Source: Myxococcota bacterium
Lineage (GTDB): Bacteria; Myxococcota_A; Polyangia; Polyangiales; Houyiibacteriaceae
DNA length: 64,000 bases
Direction: 5' to 3'
NCBI GenBank assembly: GCA_039030515.1
Contig: JBCCEA010000002.1
Span: forward strand, 96,001 to 160,000
The position numbers and the translations under genes are program-made. This document shows, piece after piece, positions 18,481 to 28,572 of this stretch. Position 1 is the first letter of the stretch. Each line of letters opens with the position of its first letter. The notes under the pieces are model-generated. The model was not told the DNA's origin. It did not search any database and was given only the letters and a program-made list of their open reading frames with translations.

Positions 18481-20331
18481 ATGCGATACTCGCGCGCCTA
18501 CATCCCCACCCTCAAAGAAGTACCGAAGGAAGCCACCTCCCCATCACACGTCCTCTTACTCCGAGCCGGCTATATTCGCATGGTCGGCGCAGGAATCTAC
18601 GAAATGCTTCCGCTTGGGCTGAGGGTTCTTCAGCGAATCGCGAACATCGTTCGAGAGGAGATGAATCGCGCGGGGGCTCAAGAAATGCAAATGCCTGCGC
18701 TCTTACCCGCCGAGTACTACAGGGAAAGCCAGCGATGGGAATCCTTCGGCAACATCTTGATACGACTTCAAGATCGACGACAGGTGGACTACTGTCTCGG
18801 CCCCACCCACGAAGAGATCGTCACCGACCTAGTACGACGCGACGTGCGTAGCTACCGCCAGCTGCCGCTCAACCTGTATCAAATACAGACAAAGTTCCGA
18901 GACGAACCGAGGCCTCGGGCAGGCTTGCTCAGAGGTCGCGAGTTCGTGATGAAAGACGCCTACTCTTTTGACGCGACAGAGGAAGACGCGGAACAGAGCT
19001 ACGCAGTGATGCAGGAGGCCTACACACGCATTTTCGATCGTCTCGGCCTCGACTACCGAATCGTGCAAGCAGACTCCGGAGCTATGGGTGGATCGAAGAG
19101 CGCAGAATTTCAGGTGCTCGCGCAAACCGGCGAGGATGCGATCGTAGCCTGCAGCCAGTGTGACTACGCCGCCAACGTAGAAGTAGCATCGTCCCAAGCG
19201 GAACCGGAACTGACGGATACCGACCCCGATAAAGTCCGGCCACATCAGGGGTCTCCGTCGCCAAAAGGTGCGTTCAAAACAAAAGAGAACACAGCTGAGT
19301 CCGGACTCAAGCGAATACATACACCAGGCAAAAAGACCATCGCAGACGTCGCAGACTTCCTGAACCATGCCGACTGCCAGAACGAGGAGGAAGCCAGCGA
19401 GCATCGAGACACAAAAGAGCGATGGACTGCCGAACGATGCCTCAAGACGCTTGTCTACAGCACGTCAGACGCGACGGTCGCGGTGGTCCTTCGCGGCGAC
19501 CACCAGCTCAACGAACTCAAGCTGCAGCGACTGCTGGGTACCGAAATGCCCTCCCTCACATCAGCAGAGGAAGTACGGCGTATATCCGGAGCGGGCCCAG
19601 GTTCGGTCGGACCAGTCGGTTTGGCCTGCCGGATCATCGCCGACCGCGAGGCTACCCGTGTTCCACAAGCCTGCGCTGGCGCCAATCAGGACGACTATCA
19701 CCTGCTGGGATTGGAATTCGGTCGAGACTGGGACGCCGAAGTGGCTGACCTAAGAAACGTCCAAGACGGCGACCCGTGCCCGATGTGCCATTCAACTTTG
19801 CACACCTACCGCGGTATTGAAGGAGGCCATATTTTCATCTTGGGGACCCACTACAGCGCAAAAATGAACGCCAGCTTTCTCGATGCAAAGGGTGAGAAGC
19901 ACCCCTTCGTCATGGGCTGCTATGGGATCGGCATTTCAAGGTTGATGGCGGCAGCCGTCGAGCAGAACCATGACGACGAGGGCATCATCTGGCCCGTGCC
20001 TGTCGCACCGTTCGCCGCGATCTTGCTCCCTGTCGGTAAAGATCAAGAGGTACAGCGCAGGGCAGAAACGCTTTACGACACACTCCGCAGCCAGCAGATC
20101 GAGGTGCTGCTCGATGACCGCGACGAGCGACCCGGGGTCAAGTTCAAGGATGCAGACCTCCTCGGTATTCCTTTTCGACTCACCTTGGGTGCACGTGGCC
20201 TTCGCGAAGGAGTCCTCGAAGTGAAACATCGGAGCGCGTCGGATGTGGTCAAGATCCCCCTCGACGAATGCGTGACCGTTCTGAGGCGCATGATTGCGGA
20301 GTCCGGTTGGGGATGCTCAGACGCAGAGTAG
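18481..20331 (+). CDS. proS: Proline--tRNA ligase (bacterial type with INS editing domain)
   Basis: LGPTHEE, QIQTKFRDE.RPR.GL.RGREF.MKD.YSF, MGCYGIGISR, DDR.ERPGVKFKDADL.G. Confidence 0.98.
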   Translation: MRYSRAYIPTLKEVPKEATSPSHVLLLRAGYIRMVGAGIYEMLPLGLRVLQRIANIVREEMNRAGAQEMQMPALLPAEYYRESQRWESFGNILIRLQDRRQVDYCLGPTHEEIVTDLVRRDVRSYRQLPLNLYQIQTKFRDEPRPRAGLLRGREFVMKDAYSFDATEEDAEQSYAVMQEAYTRIFDRLGLDYRIVQADSGAMGGSKSAEFQVLAQTGEDAIVACSQCDYAANVEVASSQAEPELTDTDPDKVRPHQGSPSPKGAFKTKENTAESGLKRIHTPGKKTIADVADFLNHADCQNEEEASEHRDTKERWTAERCLKTLVYSTSDATVAVVLRGDHQLNELKLQRLLGTEMPSLTSAEEVRRISGAGPGSVGPVGLACRIIADREATRVPQACAGANQDDYHLLGLEFGRDWDAEVADLRNVQDGDPCPMCHSTLHTYRGIEGGHIFILGTHYSAKMNASFLDAKGEKHPFVMGCYGIGISRLMAAAVEQNHDDEGIIWPVPVAPFAAILLPVGKDQEVQRRAETLYDTLRSQQIEVLLDDRDERPGVKFKDADLLGIPFRLTLGARGLREGVLEVKHRSASDVVKIPLDECVTVLRRMIAESGWGCSDAE

Positions 20332-20344
20332 GGAGCTTCGGACT

Positions 20345-20557
20345 ATGACGAGCGTACAAGAGCAAGATGGCCTCAGCGAGTCGCGCACGAGCATCCGATC
20401 AGGAGCGAACCATCCCCCCAAGGCCACTGCCGCGTTCCTGGCGGTATTCTTCATCGTTTTTTGCCTGCTTGGTATCTTCACCGTGCTTCTGCCTGAAATC
20501 CGGGACGAGTCCGAAATCGAAGACCCAAAGTCCGAGACAGATCAGCAGGTTTTCTGA
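20345..20557 (+). CDS. Small single-pass membrane protein
   Basis: GGGAG before the ATG; one hydrophobic helix and an acidic tail. Confidence 0.55.
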   Translation: MTSVQEQDGLSESRTSIRSGANHPPKATAAFLAVFFIVFCLLGIFTVLLPEIRDESEIEDPKSETDQQVF

Positions 20558-20662
20558 AGCACACGGCTCGGCACTATTCGCTCTCAAGAACTCGATCGGT
20601 ATCACCGTGACACATACATACAGAGCGGATTTATCGCGGGAAACTTTGCGAACGTCCGGATT

Positions 20663-23428
20663 GTGCCGCATGTTTTAACACGTGGAGGGTGGTGCCGAGT
20701 GGAGCGACCTGCTGCTGTACTGAACCAGGTATTGGCGGCGTTCATTGCGTGGGCAGGGCTCTTCATTGTGTGGGCAGGGCCGGGTTATGTGACGATCGCC
20801 TACGCGTGGCCACCTCCCGCTCCGATGTGTCAGCTCAGCGACGGGGACCTGCGCGAACTTAGAGCTCCAAACGCGTTCATCTCGGAAACCCAAGAACCTG
20901 GTCTTGGGTTCAGCGATCCATCACAAATCGCATTTGAGCCACGAGACGACTGTAGCGGCTTGCACTTCTCGGTCGCACGCAGCTTAGTCGAAATGCAACC
21001 TGATCGGCGGGACCTGGATGCGATCGGCTCCGGCGGACTTCACTGCCTTTTTCGGGAGATTCTCGAACTGCAACACTCTGGGGCCCCGGAGCGTGCTCTC
21101 GAGCTGCTTGGTCGGCTGTCCGAGATCCTACCGAGACTGTCGGATCGATTCGCCCTACTGAGAGGCGAGCTACAGCTGCAAGCCAGACAACCGATCTCGG
21201 CGTGTGAGTCGTTTGCGGCAGCGGTTTCCAGCCCGGTAAGCGAGATCCGGATGCGCGGACGAGTGGGCGCAGTTCGGTGTCGTATCGCCTCTGGCGATAG
21301 AGAAGCGTTCTCTGCTCTGGAAGCACTTCTGAGGCGCTTTCCGCATCTGCCGGAACAGCTCCAACTGCGCTATGAATTTGCGGAGTCTCGAGAAGCAGCT
21401 GGTGCAACGGACCGAGCGATCGCTCTCTATCGTCTACTCGACCTGCAACACCCCGGGAGCGCTGCAGCGCGGCAATCCAGAAACCGAATCAAGGTGCTTG
21501 AGGAACAAGGCTTTGACATCGCTCCGCTGCCGATACGCATGCAGGTCGAGCGTGCGGAGACGCTATTAAGTCGTGGTCCAATGTCGATCGCAAAAGCAGA
21601 CATCGTTCAGCTGTGGGGGGACGATGGCGCACAGCTCCCAGACGAGTTGCGCAGACGTACCGCGCTAATGATGGCTAGAATCGCGCGACTTGAGGGCCAA
21701 TTCGACGCTGCAGTTCGATTTCTAAGTCTAGGTCGCAGTGCTCCCGCAGCAACGCTCGAGGAGCGTATGAGACGTCTCGATCGCGCTCGGGACATGGCAG
21801 ACGCTGCCCGAGGAGGCGACTCTGGACGAGCCGCAAGACGCGTATCCGCCATTCGCCGAGGTCGCCCACCCTATCGTCTGACCACTGCACAGCTCCTCAA
21901 AGTGATTCAAATCTCCGCACGAGGAAGTCTTCGCGAGACACTCCATACCGCTCTAAAAGCGCTCAGTCGTAAGAATCCCTCGGATAGAGTCCGACTCGAG
22001 GCGGCAATTCTGGCAAGCGGTGTCGCAGACGACCTGGATATCGTCAGTCTGCTCGAAAAGGCCGTATCCGAGGGAGCAGGCGTGAATGTTCACTATCACT
22101 TCGGACGTGCACTCGAGCGACTTGGAAGAAACTTAGAGGCGGCAGAGGTGTACCGAACGGTCGAGCGTCTGGATCACAGTCCGGAGCGTTACTACGCCAT
22201 GTGGGCTGCACAGAGAGGCAGCTTGCTTCGCGCTCAAGAACTACCGGGATTCACAAGCCAGACCGCACGACCAGAGGCAGATCCGATCTACGACCTGCCG
22301 ATCCATGGCATGCCAGTCCACGGCCTGGTGCACCGCTCACCTTTTACTCCCTACTCTGGGGCGTTTACCGCCCCGAACAAACCGCAATTAGGTCGGAAGG
22401 CTCACGGAGATTCGCTGGGCAAGACCGAGCACAAACGCTCGACTGCTTGGAATCTCTCGAAACAGAAACCTACCCTCGTGTACGCCGCGATCGAGGCTCT
22501 GGTTCCGGCGGTGGAGCCTAACGAGCCGACCCCTCGTAGCCTCGACTGGAGCGCGCTTGCAGCCGCACTCGATCCCATCGTCGAGTCTCGCGGAGGGGCC
22601 TACCCCTGGTGGCAGCGAGCTCAAGATCTGATTCGCCTTCGGCTAGGAAGCGAAGCAACGCAAGAGCTTCATGAATCCTATCTCGCGTGGCGGATGGCCA
22701 GAGGCAGACCTCTCTTGAGAGACGGCATCGAAGCGATCAGCCGCGGCACCGAGCGGGCACGGGCGAACTTGAAGCCCGAAGTGCGTCAAGCCAGACTAGC
22801 GATTACCGAGGAGGAGCGAGCGGTAGTCGCCGAGATCGCTCGAAGCCTAGGAGACGAGGGTACGGCTCAAGGCTTTATGCGGTTCCAAGACCTGGAGCAG
22901 CGCCCAAGGGCCTATGAGCACATCGTGGATTGGGCAGCGGAAAAACACGGAGTCGATCCAAACCTCTTGCTGGCGGTCATGCGGGTAGAGAGCATTTATC
23001 AAAGAGCCGTAGTCTCCTATGCAGGAGCGGTCGGCCTCATGCAGATCATGCCGCGCACCGGAATTAACATCGCACATAGTCTAGGACGCAGAGATTTTTC
23101 GGTGGCCCAGCTACTCGAACCGCGCACCAATATCGAGTTTGCCGCATGGTATCTGGCATCCCTGATAGACAGATTCGAAGGTCGAATTCCGCTCGCGATC
23201 GCCAGCTACAACGGCGGTCCGCACAACGTACGTCGTTGGATTCGAGAGTATGCTTCGAGCATGCCGCTCGACGCGTTCTTAGAGCGTATTCCGTTCGAGC
23301 AAACCCACCGATATGTACGGCGCGTACTCTCTCATTTTGCAGCATACCGAGCGCAACGAAGCTTACCGATGATCGAGCTACATCTTGATCTACCGGAGCT
23401 TCAGCCGGACGATCGCGTCACCTATTGA
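20663..23428 (+). CDS. Soluble lytic transglycosylase (Slt-like) with TPR-like helical N-terminus
   Basis: AVMRVES, S.AGAVGLMQIMP.T, NI.F..WYL, ASYNGGP, ERIPF.QT..YV. Start uncertain. Confidence 0.9.
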   Translation: MPHVLTRGGWCRVERPAAVLNQVLAAFIAWAGLFIVWAGPGYVTIAYAWPPPAPMCQLSDGDLRELRAPNAFISETQEPGLGFSDPSQIAFEPRDDCSGLHFSVARSLVEMQPDRRDLDAIGSGGLHCLFREILELQHSGAPERALELLGRLSEILPRLSDRFALLRGELQLQARQPISACESFAAAVSSPVSEIRMRGRVGAVRCRIASGDREAFSALEALLRRFPHLPEQLQLRYEFAESREAAGATDRAIALYRLLDLQHPGSAAARQSRNRIKVLEEQGFDIAPLPIRMQVERAETLLSRGPMSIAKADIVQLWGDDGAQLPDELRRRTALMMARIARLEGQFDAAVRFLSLGRSAPAATLEERMRRLDRARDMADAARGGDSGRAARRVSAIRRGRPPYRLTTAQLLKVIQISARGSLRETLHTALKALSRKNPSDRVRLEAAILASGVADDLDIVSLLEKAVSEGAGVNVHYHFGRALERLGRNLEAAEVYRTVERLDHSPERYYAMWAAQRGSLLRAQELPGFTSQTARPEADPIYDLPIHGMPVHGLVHRSPFTPYSGAFTAPNKPQLGRKAHGDSLGKTEHKRSTAWNLSKQKPTLVYAAIEALVPAVEPNEPTPRSLDWSALAAALDPIVESRGGAYPWWQRAQDLIRLRLGSEATQELHESYLAWRMARGRPLLRDGIEAISRGTERARANLKPEVRQARLAITEEERAVVAEIARSLGDEGTAQGFMRFQDLEQRPRAYEHIVDWAAEKHGVDPNLLLAVMRVESIYQRAVVSYAGAVGLMQIMPRTGINIAHSLGRRDFSVAQLLEPRTNIEFAAWYLASLIDRFEGRIPLAIASYNGGPHNVRRWIREYASSMPLDAFLERIPFEQTHRYVRRVLSHFAAYRAQRSLPMIELHLDLPELQPDDRVTY

Positions 23429-23461
23429 ACGATCTTGCTCGAAGTCTCACCGACCGCCGGT

Positions 23462-23504
23462 CTGGGTCGGAGAATACAGCTGGGTCGGAGAGTACAGCTG
23501 GGTC
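23462..23504. repeat. 18-bp tandem repeat CTGGGTCGGAGA(A/G)TACAG, ~2.4 copies
   Basis: Read directly; convergent slt/ACP gap. Confidence 0.85.
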
Positions 23505-23510
23505 CGCCGA

Positions 23511-23780
23511 TCATGCTGCAGTGACACCACCGACGTGATGACCGATACATGTTTGAACAAGGTGGATGAATTGTCCCACGGAGTCTACTCCGGACAGGGA
23601 CTCCATCTCGATACGGATGGCAAGCTCACGCTCAAACTCGCCCACAAGTTCCAAAGTACTCAGGGAATCGAGACCCAGCTCAGCAATCGACGCATCTGCA
23701 GCAACACACGAGAGATCTTCCTCTGCGATCTCAGAAGCTCGCTCTCTGAAGAGAGACAATAGATCGTTATATTCCATCAC
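23511..23780 (-). CDS. Stand-alone acyl carrier protein
   Basis: ELGLDSL phosphopantetheinylation motif, ELV..FE.E..I.I; acidic, 89 aa. Confidence 0.9.
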   Translation of the reverse strand: MMEYNDLLSLFRERASEIAEEDLSCVAADASIAELGLDSLSTLELVGEFERELAIRIEMESLSGVDSVGQFIHLVQTCIGHHVGGVTAA

Positions 23781-23981
23781 GATGTCCTGTTCGGCCCCTG
23801 ACGCGGAGCGTTACATGGAGGCGCGATCTAGCCCCTAGTGACTTTGTCGTCAACTACGGTTGTCCAATTTCTGTCCATGTTCTTCCCTCACCTGAGTGCG
23901 TAATATCACAACCCCGAGATTTGAAGACTGCAGCCTCACTTCACCTCCCGCGAGCTTGTCATGCGCAGCGATCAAGACGGC

Positions 23982-24158
23982 TCAGCGACGGAGTCGCAAG
24001 CGACGCGCAGACTTTCGCAGGCGAGCGAGTGGAACTTCTGGACGCCGAGCGGAGGCAGACGGCGTACGTGCGGTTCGACCAGCCAAGCGCAGTACCAGAT
24101 ATGCCGCAGCACCGAACTGGATGGACAAAATGAGCCCCAACTCCAGGCACTCATTCAA
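23982..24158 (-). CDS. Small FeoB-associated membrane protein (58 aa; not in the ORF track)
   Basis: TTG start 12 nt after the feoB stop, same frame: MNECLELGLILSIQFGAAAYLVLRLAGRTARTPSASARRPEVPLARLRKSARRLRLRR (TM helix plus basic tail). Confidence 0.55.
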   Translation of the reverse strand: MNECLELGLILSIQFGAAAYLVLRLAGRTARTPSASARRPEVPLARLRKSARRLRLRR

Positions 24159-24170
24159 TCGAGCCTGCCT

Positions 24171-26360
24171 TCAATCGAGCCCCCAGCCGATCGCTAAGCC
24201 GATCTGATAAACCAGTAACGCAGAGAGGTAAGCGAGAACGGTCATGTACGAAAACATCAGCGCCGGCCACTTCCAAGTGCCGGTTTCTCGACGGACGACC
24301 GCGATCGTACTCATGCACTGACACGCCAGCACGAAGAACACCATCAATGCGATGCCTGCAAGCGGGGTAAATACTCTTGTGCCGTTTGGGTGTCGGGAAT
24401 CGAGCAGTCGCTGACGCAGGGTACGGTGTGCAGCGTCATCATTGCCCGCTCCTTCGATCCCGTAGACCACGCCTAGGGTGGAGACGAACACTTCTCGAGC
24501 CGCGAATGCACTGAGGATGCCGATGCCGATGCGCCAGTCAAAGCCCAACGGTAGTAAAGCTGGCTCGATCGCCTTGCCAATCCTACCCGCAGCACTGTGC
24601 TGCGTCTGTATGCGTCTTTCTTCCGAATCGAGCGAGCTCAACCGATGCGTGAGCTCGGTTCCCTGCAGCGCACGAGAAGCCTCCTCACGGGCGTCCTCAA
24701 AGCGCGCCGAAACTTCAGAATCTCTGGGGAAACTCAAAAGCCCCCACATGAGAATACTGAGCGCCAAAATGATCGTTCCTGCATCCATGACGAAGACACG
24801 CACCCGCGAGTAGACCGCTGGAATCAGACTTTGCAGTCGAGGCATGCGGTAAGGAGGAAGCTCGAGAACGAAGGTACCTTGCTCACCTTTCAGAACTGTT
24901 CGGCCCAGTACCGCTGCTGCAGTCAAGGTGGCGAGGACGCTGAGCGCGTACATCGAAAACAGCGCTAAAGCGCCCTGGGTGATCACCCCAAAGACCGGGG
25001 CGTCAGCGTCGAACACGGTGCCGATTACCAGCAGATAGACCGGCAGACGCGCACTGCAGGACATCAGAGGAAGCGCGAGCATGACCAACAGTCGGTCCCG
25101 TTCTCGTTCGAGAGTCCGGGTGGCCATCACGGCCGGAACCGCACAAGCAAAACCCGAAAGCAGCGGCACGAACGCAAGTCCGTGAAGACCGACGGTCCTC
25201 ATGATTCGGTCGATAAGAAATGCCACTCGAGCGAGGTATCCAGAATCTTCAAGCAGACGGATCAACGCGAATAAAATCGCGATTTGGGGTACGAAAATGA
25301 GTACGTTCCCGACCCCTTGAATCACGCCATCGAGGATCAGTCCTTGAAGCAAACCCTCTGGAATTAAGTGAGAAAGCCTAAGCTGCAGCCCAGCGATCGC
25401 AGCATCGATCACATCCATAAAGGGAATGGACCAAGTATAGATCGACTCAAAAACAATGAGCATGACAAGCGCAAAAAAAATCGAGCCAAAGAGTGGATGC
25501 GTCAAGACGGAGTCGATTCGATCAGTCCAGCGAACGGAGGGCAACGCAGCAGCTTGCCGAACCCCTAGACCCTCGATCTGCGCGTATCGAGCCGTAATGA
25601 GCTCTTCGTCGATGTTGCGCCCGGCACTCTTTGCGCGGTCGCGAATGCGCAGAACTTCAGCGCGTACGTCTTCAAAAGGACAGTTGGAAGGTTCTTGTGC
25701 ATCGAGCGTCTGCAAAAGCCAGGCGGCCTCGGCACGTCGCGAAGTGGCATTCGAATGGGGGCGATGCGGTGCGAGATGCGCAGCAATTGTCTCGAGTTCA
25801 TGCCGAATCTCAGACGCGAGCGGAAGTGCGGGAGGCTCGGGCACCTTCCTCGTGCGCAGCATGGATCCCATGCCGGCCCGTAGCTCGTCGATACCCTCTC
25901 CCTTGGTAGCGACCATCGGAACTACGGGGACTCCGAAACGCTCCGATAGTGCACTAGAATCGACACTCACGCCTCTCGCAATCGCCTCATCCACCATGTT
26001 TAAGGCGATCAACATCGGGAGACCTAATTCTGAGATTTGGGAGACGAGGTACATGCCGCGTTCGAAGCTCGTCGCATCGACAACCACGATCACGCCATGG
26101 GCACGTTCTCCCTGGAAGGCCCACAGGCTCTGGGCTGCAACTTCTTCTTCAGGCGAGCGTGCACAGAGAGAATAAGTGCCCGGCAGGTCAACCAACTCGA
26201 TAAAGCACCCCGGAGAGAGCTCCAGCGACGCGCTTCGCCGCTCCACGGTGATGCCGGGATAATTGCCGACCCGCGCACGAGCACCGGTCAACTTATTGAA
26301 CACCGTAGTCTTTCCGGCATTGGGGTTTCCCGCCAGCAGGATCGTTGGGGCGACGCTCAC
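24171..26360 (-). CDS. feoB: Ferrous iron transporter B
   Basis: GNPNAGKT, GNYPGITVE, DLPGTYSL, NMVD, EDSGYLAR, MSCSARLPVY, ELPPYRMP, AREVFVSTLG. Confidence 0.98.
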   Translation of the reverse strand: MSVAPTILLAGNPNAGKTTVFNKLTGARARVGNYPGITVERRSASLELSPGCFIELVDLPGTYSLCARSPEEEVAAQSLWAFQGERAHGVIVVVDATSFERGMYLVSQISELGLPMLIALNMVDEAIARGVSVDSSALSERFGVPVVPMVATKGEGIDELRAGMGSMLRTRKVPEPPALPLASEIRHELETIAAHLAPHRPHSNATSRRAEAAWLLQTLDAQEPSNCPFEDVRAEVLRIRDRAKSAGRNIDEELITARYAQIEGLGVRQAAALPSVRWTDRIDSVLTHPLFGSIFFALVMLIVFESIYTWSIPFMDVIDAAIAGLQLRLSHLIPEGLLQGLILDGVIQGVGNVLIFVPQIAILFALIRLLEDSGYLARVAFLIDRIMRTVGLHGLAFVPLLSGFACAVPAVMATRTLERERDRLLVMLALPLMSCSARLPVYLLVIGTVFDADAPVFGVITQGALALFSMYALSVLATLTAAAVLGRTVLKGEQGTFVLELPPYRMPRLQSLIPAVYSRVRVFVMDAGTIILALSILMWGLLSFPRDSEVSARFEDAREEASRALQGTELTHRLSSLDSEERRIQTQHSAAGRIGKAIEPALLPLGFDWRIGIGILSAFAAREVFVSTLGVVYGIEGAGNDDAAHRTLRQRLLDSRHPNGTRVFTPLAGIALMVFFVLACQCMSTIAVVRRETGTWKWPALMFSYMTVLAYLSALLVYQIGLAIGWGLD

Positions 26361-26635
26361 AGGACGGGTTCGTGATGACAGAGGTCGGTAATCGTGATTT
26401 GGGAGGCTTCACTGCGGCGAATACAGAGCGCATACCCTCTCAGTCTCAGTTCGACGGGATCCCCAAGCGCAGCGAACCGCGTCACCGTCACGTGAGTCCC
26501 CGGAACAAGACCCATTTCCATCAGCCTCCGGGACACCTTAGACAATCCGCCCACCTGCTGAACGACTCCACCGCTACCCGGTTTCAGCTCGTCTAAGTTG
26601 GCGCTTGAACCCTTTATGTGATGGGCGTCGATCAT
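26357..26635 (-). CDS. feoA: Ferrous iron transport protein A
   Basis: RRLMEMGLVPGT.V......GDP....LRGY.L.IR..EA; overlaps the feoB start. Start moved to ATG 26635. Confidence 0.95.
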   Translation of the reverse strand: MIDAHHIKGSSANLDELKPGSGGVVQQVGGLSKVSRRLMEMGLVPGTHVTVTRFAALGDPVELRLRGYALCIRRSEASQITITDLCHHEPVL

Positions 26636-26643
26636 GGGCTTCA

Positions 26644-26662
26644 GATAATGACTTTCATTTAC
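26644..26662. promoter_or_regulatory. Fur box
   Basis: GATAATGACTTTCATTTAC matches GATAATGATAATCATTATC at 14/19 positions, immediately upstream of feoA. Confidence 0.8.
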
Positions 26663-26817
26663 GTCTGCAAGGAGCCGTACCCACACGCGGCTCAGGCCTC
26701 AGGACTTCCCAGAAAAGCTGGGACCGAGATTCAGAAATGAGTCGACCGGTTTGTGTGATCGGCCCTCAGACAATCTGCTCTTGGGCAAAAGCGTGAACAC
26801 GCGTACGCTACTTGGTG

Positions 26818-28506
26818 ATGCTTGCGTTGAGCCGTGATCCGAACGTCGCCGAGCGTCAGATGCAGGCGGTGATTTTCTATCTCACCACCTTCGGATACAT
26901 CGACGGGGATTTTGACAGTTCCGAACGAGAATTTGTCCGCAACTACATTGGTGAACTGGTAGCGCATCGAGTTCAGTCCGGGGTGTCGGGCAACGATGAG
27001 CTTAAGCAGGAACTGATCGACCGATTTACCAAGCATTTTCATGAAGTCTTCGAAAGGATCGATCGACACATACAGGACCTATTTACCGAAGCAGTCGCCG
27101 CACAGGAACATCAGAACGCCTTCATCCATGCAAAACTCAAACTGAGATGTTTTGAAATCTTCCAGAGTTTTGATTCGGCGAGCCAAGAGTCGTTGATGGA
27201 GACGATCGACGCCTTGATCGAGGCAGACGGAGAAACACATCCTGCGGAAGTCACTTTTCGAGCCGAACTCACAGAGTTACTCGAATCACAGGTCGACATG
27301 GAACTCGTTGGAGACGACGAAGCGTCACATCGCATCACCCTGAGCGAGCCGAGTGAGGTGGAACCAGCGACGGGAGCGCACGCCTTTTTTGATCAGTTCG
27401 AGTACCACTACTCCAAGGATCCTTCACGGATACAAAAGCAAATACGGGCAGATCGAGATCTGCTCACCGAGGCCATTCATTTATTTGATCGCCAGCGACG
27501 GGAAGGAGAAGGTCGCCTCAAGGGAGCTTCGTCCGTAGCGGCATTTGCCGGGCTCGAACCGTTCTTGGATGGACATGTATACGTACATCCAATCCAGCCC
27601 GGTCAGCGATACGAACTCACAGTGCTCGGGGACCTGCACGGCTGCTATAGTTGCCTGAAGGGTGCAACGCTGCAGTCCAAATTCTTCGAGCGCGTCAACG
27701 CCTATCATGAAAACCCGGAAACCGCCCCGTTTCCGCTTCTCGTACTGCTGGGCGACTACATAGACCGAGGCCTGTTCAGTCTCAATGGCGTGCTTCGGAC
27801 CGTGCTGCAGCTGGCGATTTGCGCACCGAAACATGTGGTCGTACTCCGCGGCAACCACGAATACTATCTAGAATATAAGGGAGAAGTGTATGGTGGGGTA
27901 AAGCCCGCTGAAGCCATAGACACGCTCAAACCTCATCTTCCGGCCGAGGTATTTCAACACTACATGCGGCTATTTGAGGCGATGCCGAACATGCTTTTTT
28001 TCGATCGCATGCTCTTTGTGCACGGCGGGATTCCCAGAGACCGTCTAATTCGCGAGCGGTGGAAGGATATGTCGACGCTCAACGATCCCGAAGTTCGTTT
28101 TCAAATGCTCTGGAGCGATCCGAGCAGCGCCGACGTGATCCCGGCGCAACTGCAGCAACAGTCCGCCAGATTTCCTTTTGGCAAACTGCAGGCAGCCGCA
28201 TTCTTGCTTCGGCTCGGATGCCACACGATCGTTCGGGGTCACGAACGCGTCGATGAGGGTTTTCGAGTGGTTTATGACGATCCCAGAGTCAAGCTCTGGT
28301 CGTTGTTCTCAGCCGGCGGCGAGGACAACCAGGACCTCCCTCCAGATTCGAGCTACCGCAGCGTCAAACCTAAAGCGCTTACTATCAGTTACCGCGACAG
28401 CGTGGCTCACGCTCAGCCCTGGGGAATCGACTACTCAAGTTTCAACGACCCAGAGAAAAACGCGTTCTTCAAGAGCAAGCCCGAAATAGACCATAAAACA
28501 GGCTAA
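26818..28506 (+). CDS. TerB-like domain plus PPP-family Ser/Thr metallophosphatase
   Basis: TerB-like motifs GYIDGDFDSSERE and IEADGETHPAE; catalytic motifs GDLHG, GDYIDRG, RGNHE, HGG, WSDP, RGHE, LFSA. Confidence 0.88.
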   Translation: MLALSRDPNVAERQMQAVIFYLTTFGYIDGDFDSSEREFVRNYIGELVAHRVQSGVSGNDELKQELIDRFTKHFHEVFERIDRHIQDLFTEAVAAQEHQNAFIHAKLKLRCFEIFQSFDSASQESLMETIDALIEADGETHPAEVTFRAELTELLESQVDMELVGDDEASHRITLSEPSEVEPATGAHAFFDQFEYHYSKDPSRIQKQIRADRDLLTEAIHLFDRQRREGEGRLKGASSVAAFAGLEPFLDGHVYVHPIQPGQRYELTVLGDLHGCYSCLKGATLQSKFFERVNAYHENPETAPFPLLVLLGDYIDRGLFSLNGVLRTVLQLAICAPKHVVVLRGNHEYYLEYKGEVYGGVKPAEAIDTLKPHLPAEVFQHYMRLFEAMPNMLFFDRMLFVHGGIPRDRLIRERWKDMSTLNDPEVRFQMLWSDPSSADVIPAQLQQQSARFPFGKLQAAAFLLRLGCHTIVRGHERVDEGFRVVYDDPRVKLWSLFSAGGEDNQDLPPDSSYRSVKPKALTISYRDSVAHAQPWGIDYSSFNDPEKNAFFKSKPEIDHKTG

Positions 28507-28572
28507 ACCAAGCTGGCTCGTATGGTAGCAGTTAAGCTCACTGAACTAGGTGCGCTGGGTAGCATCGATCGA

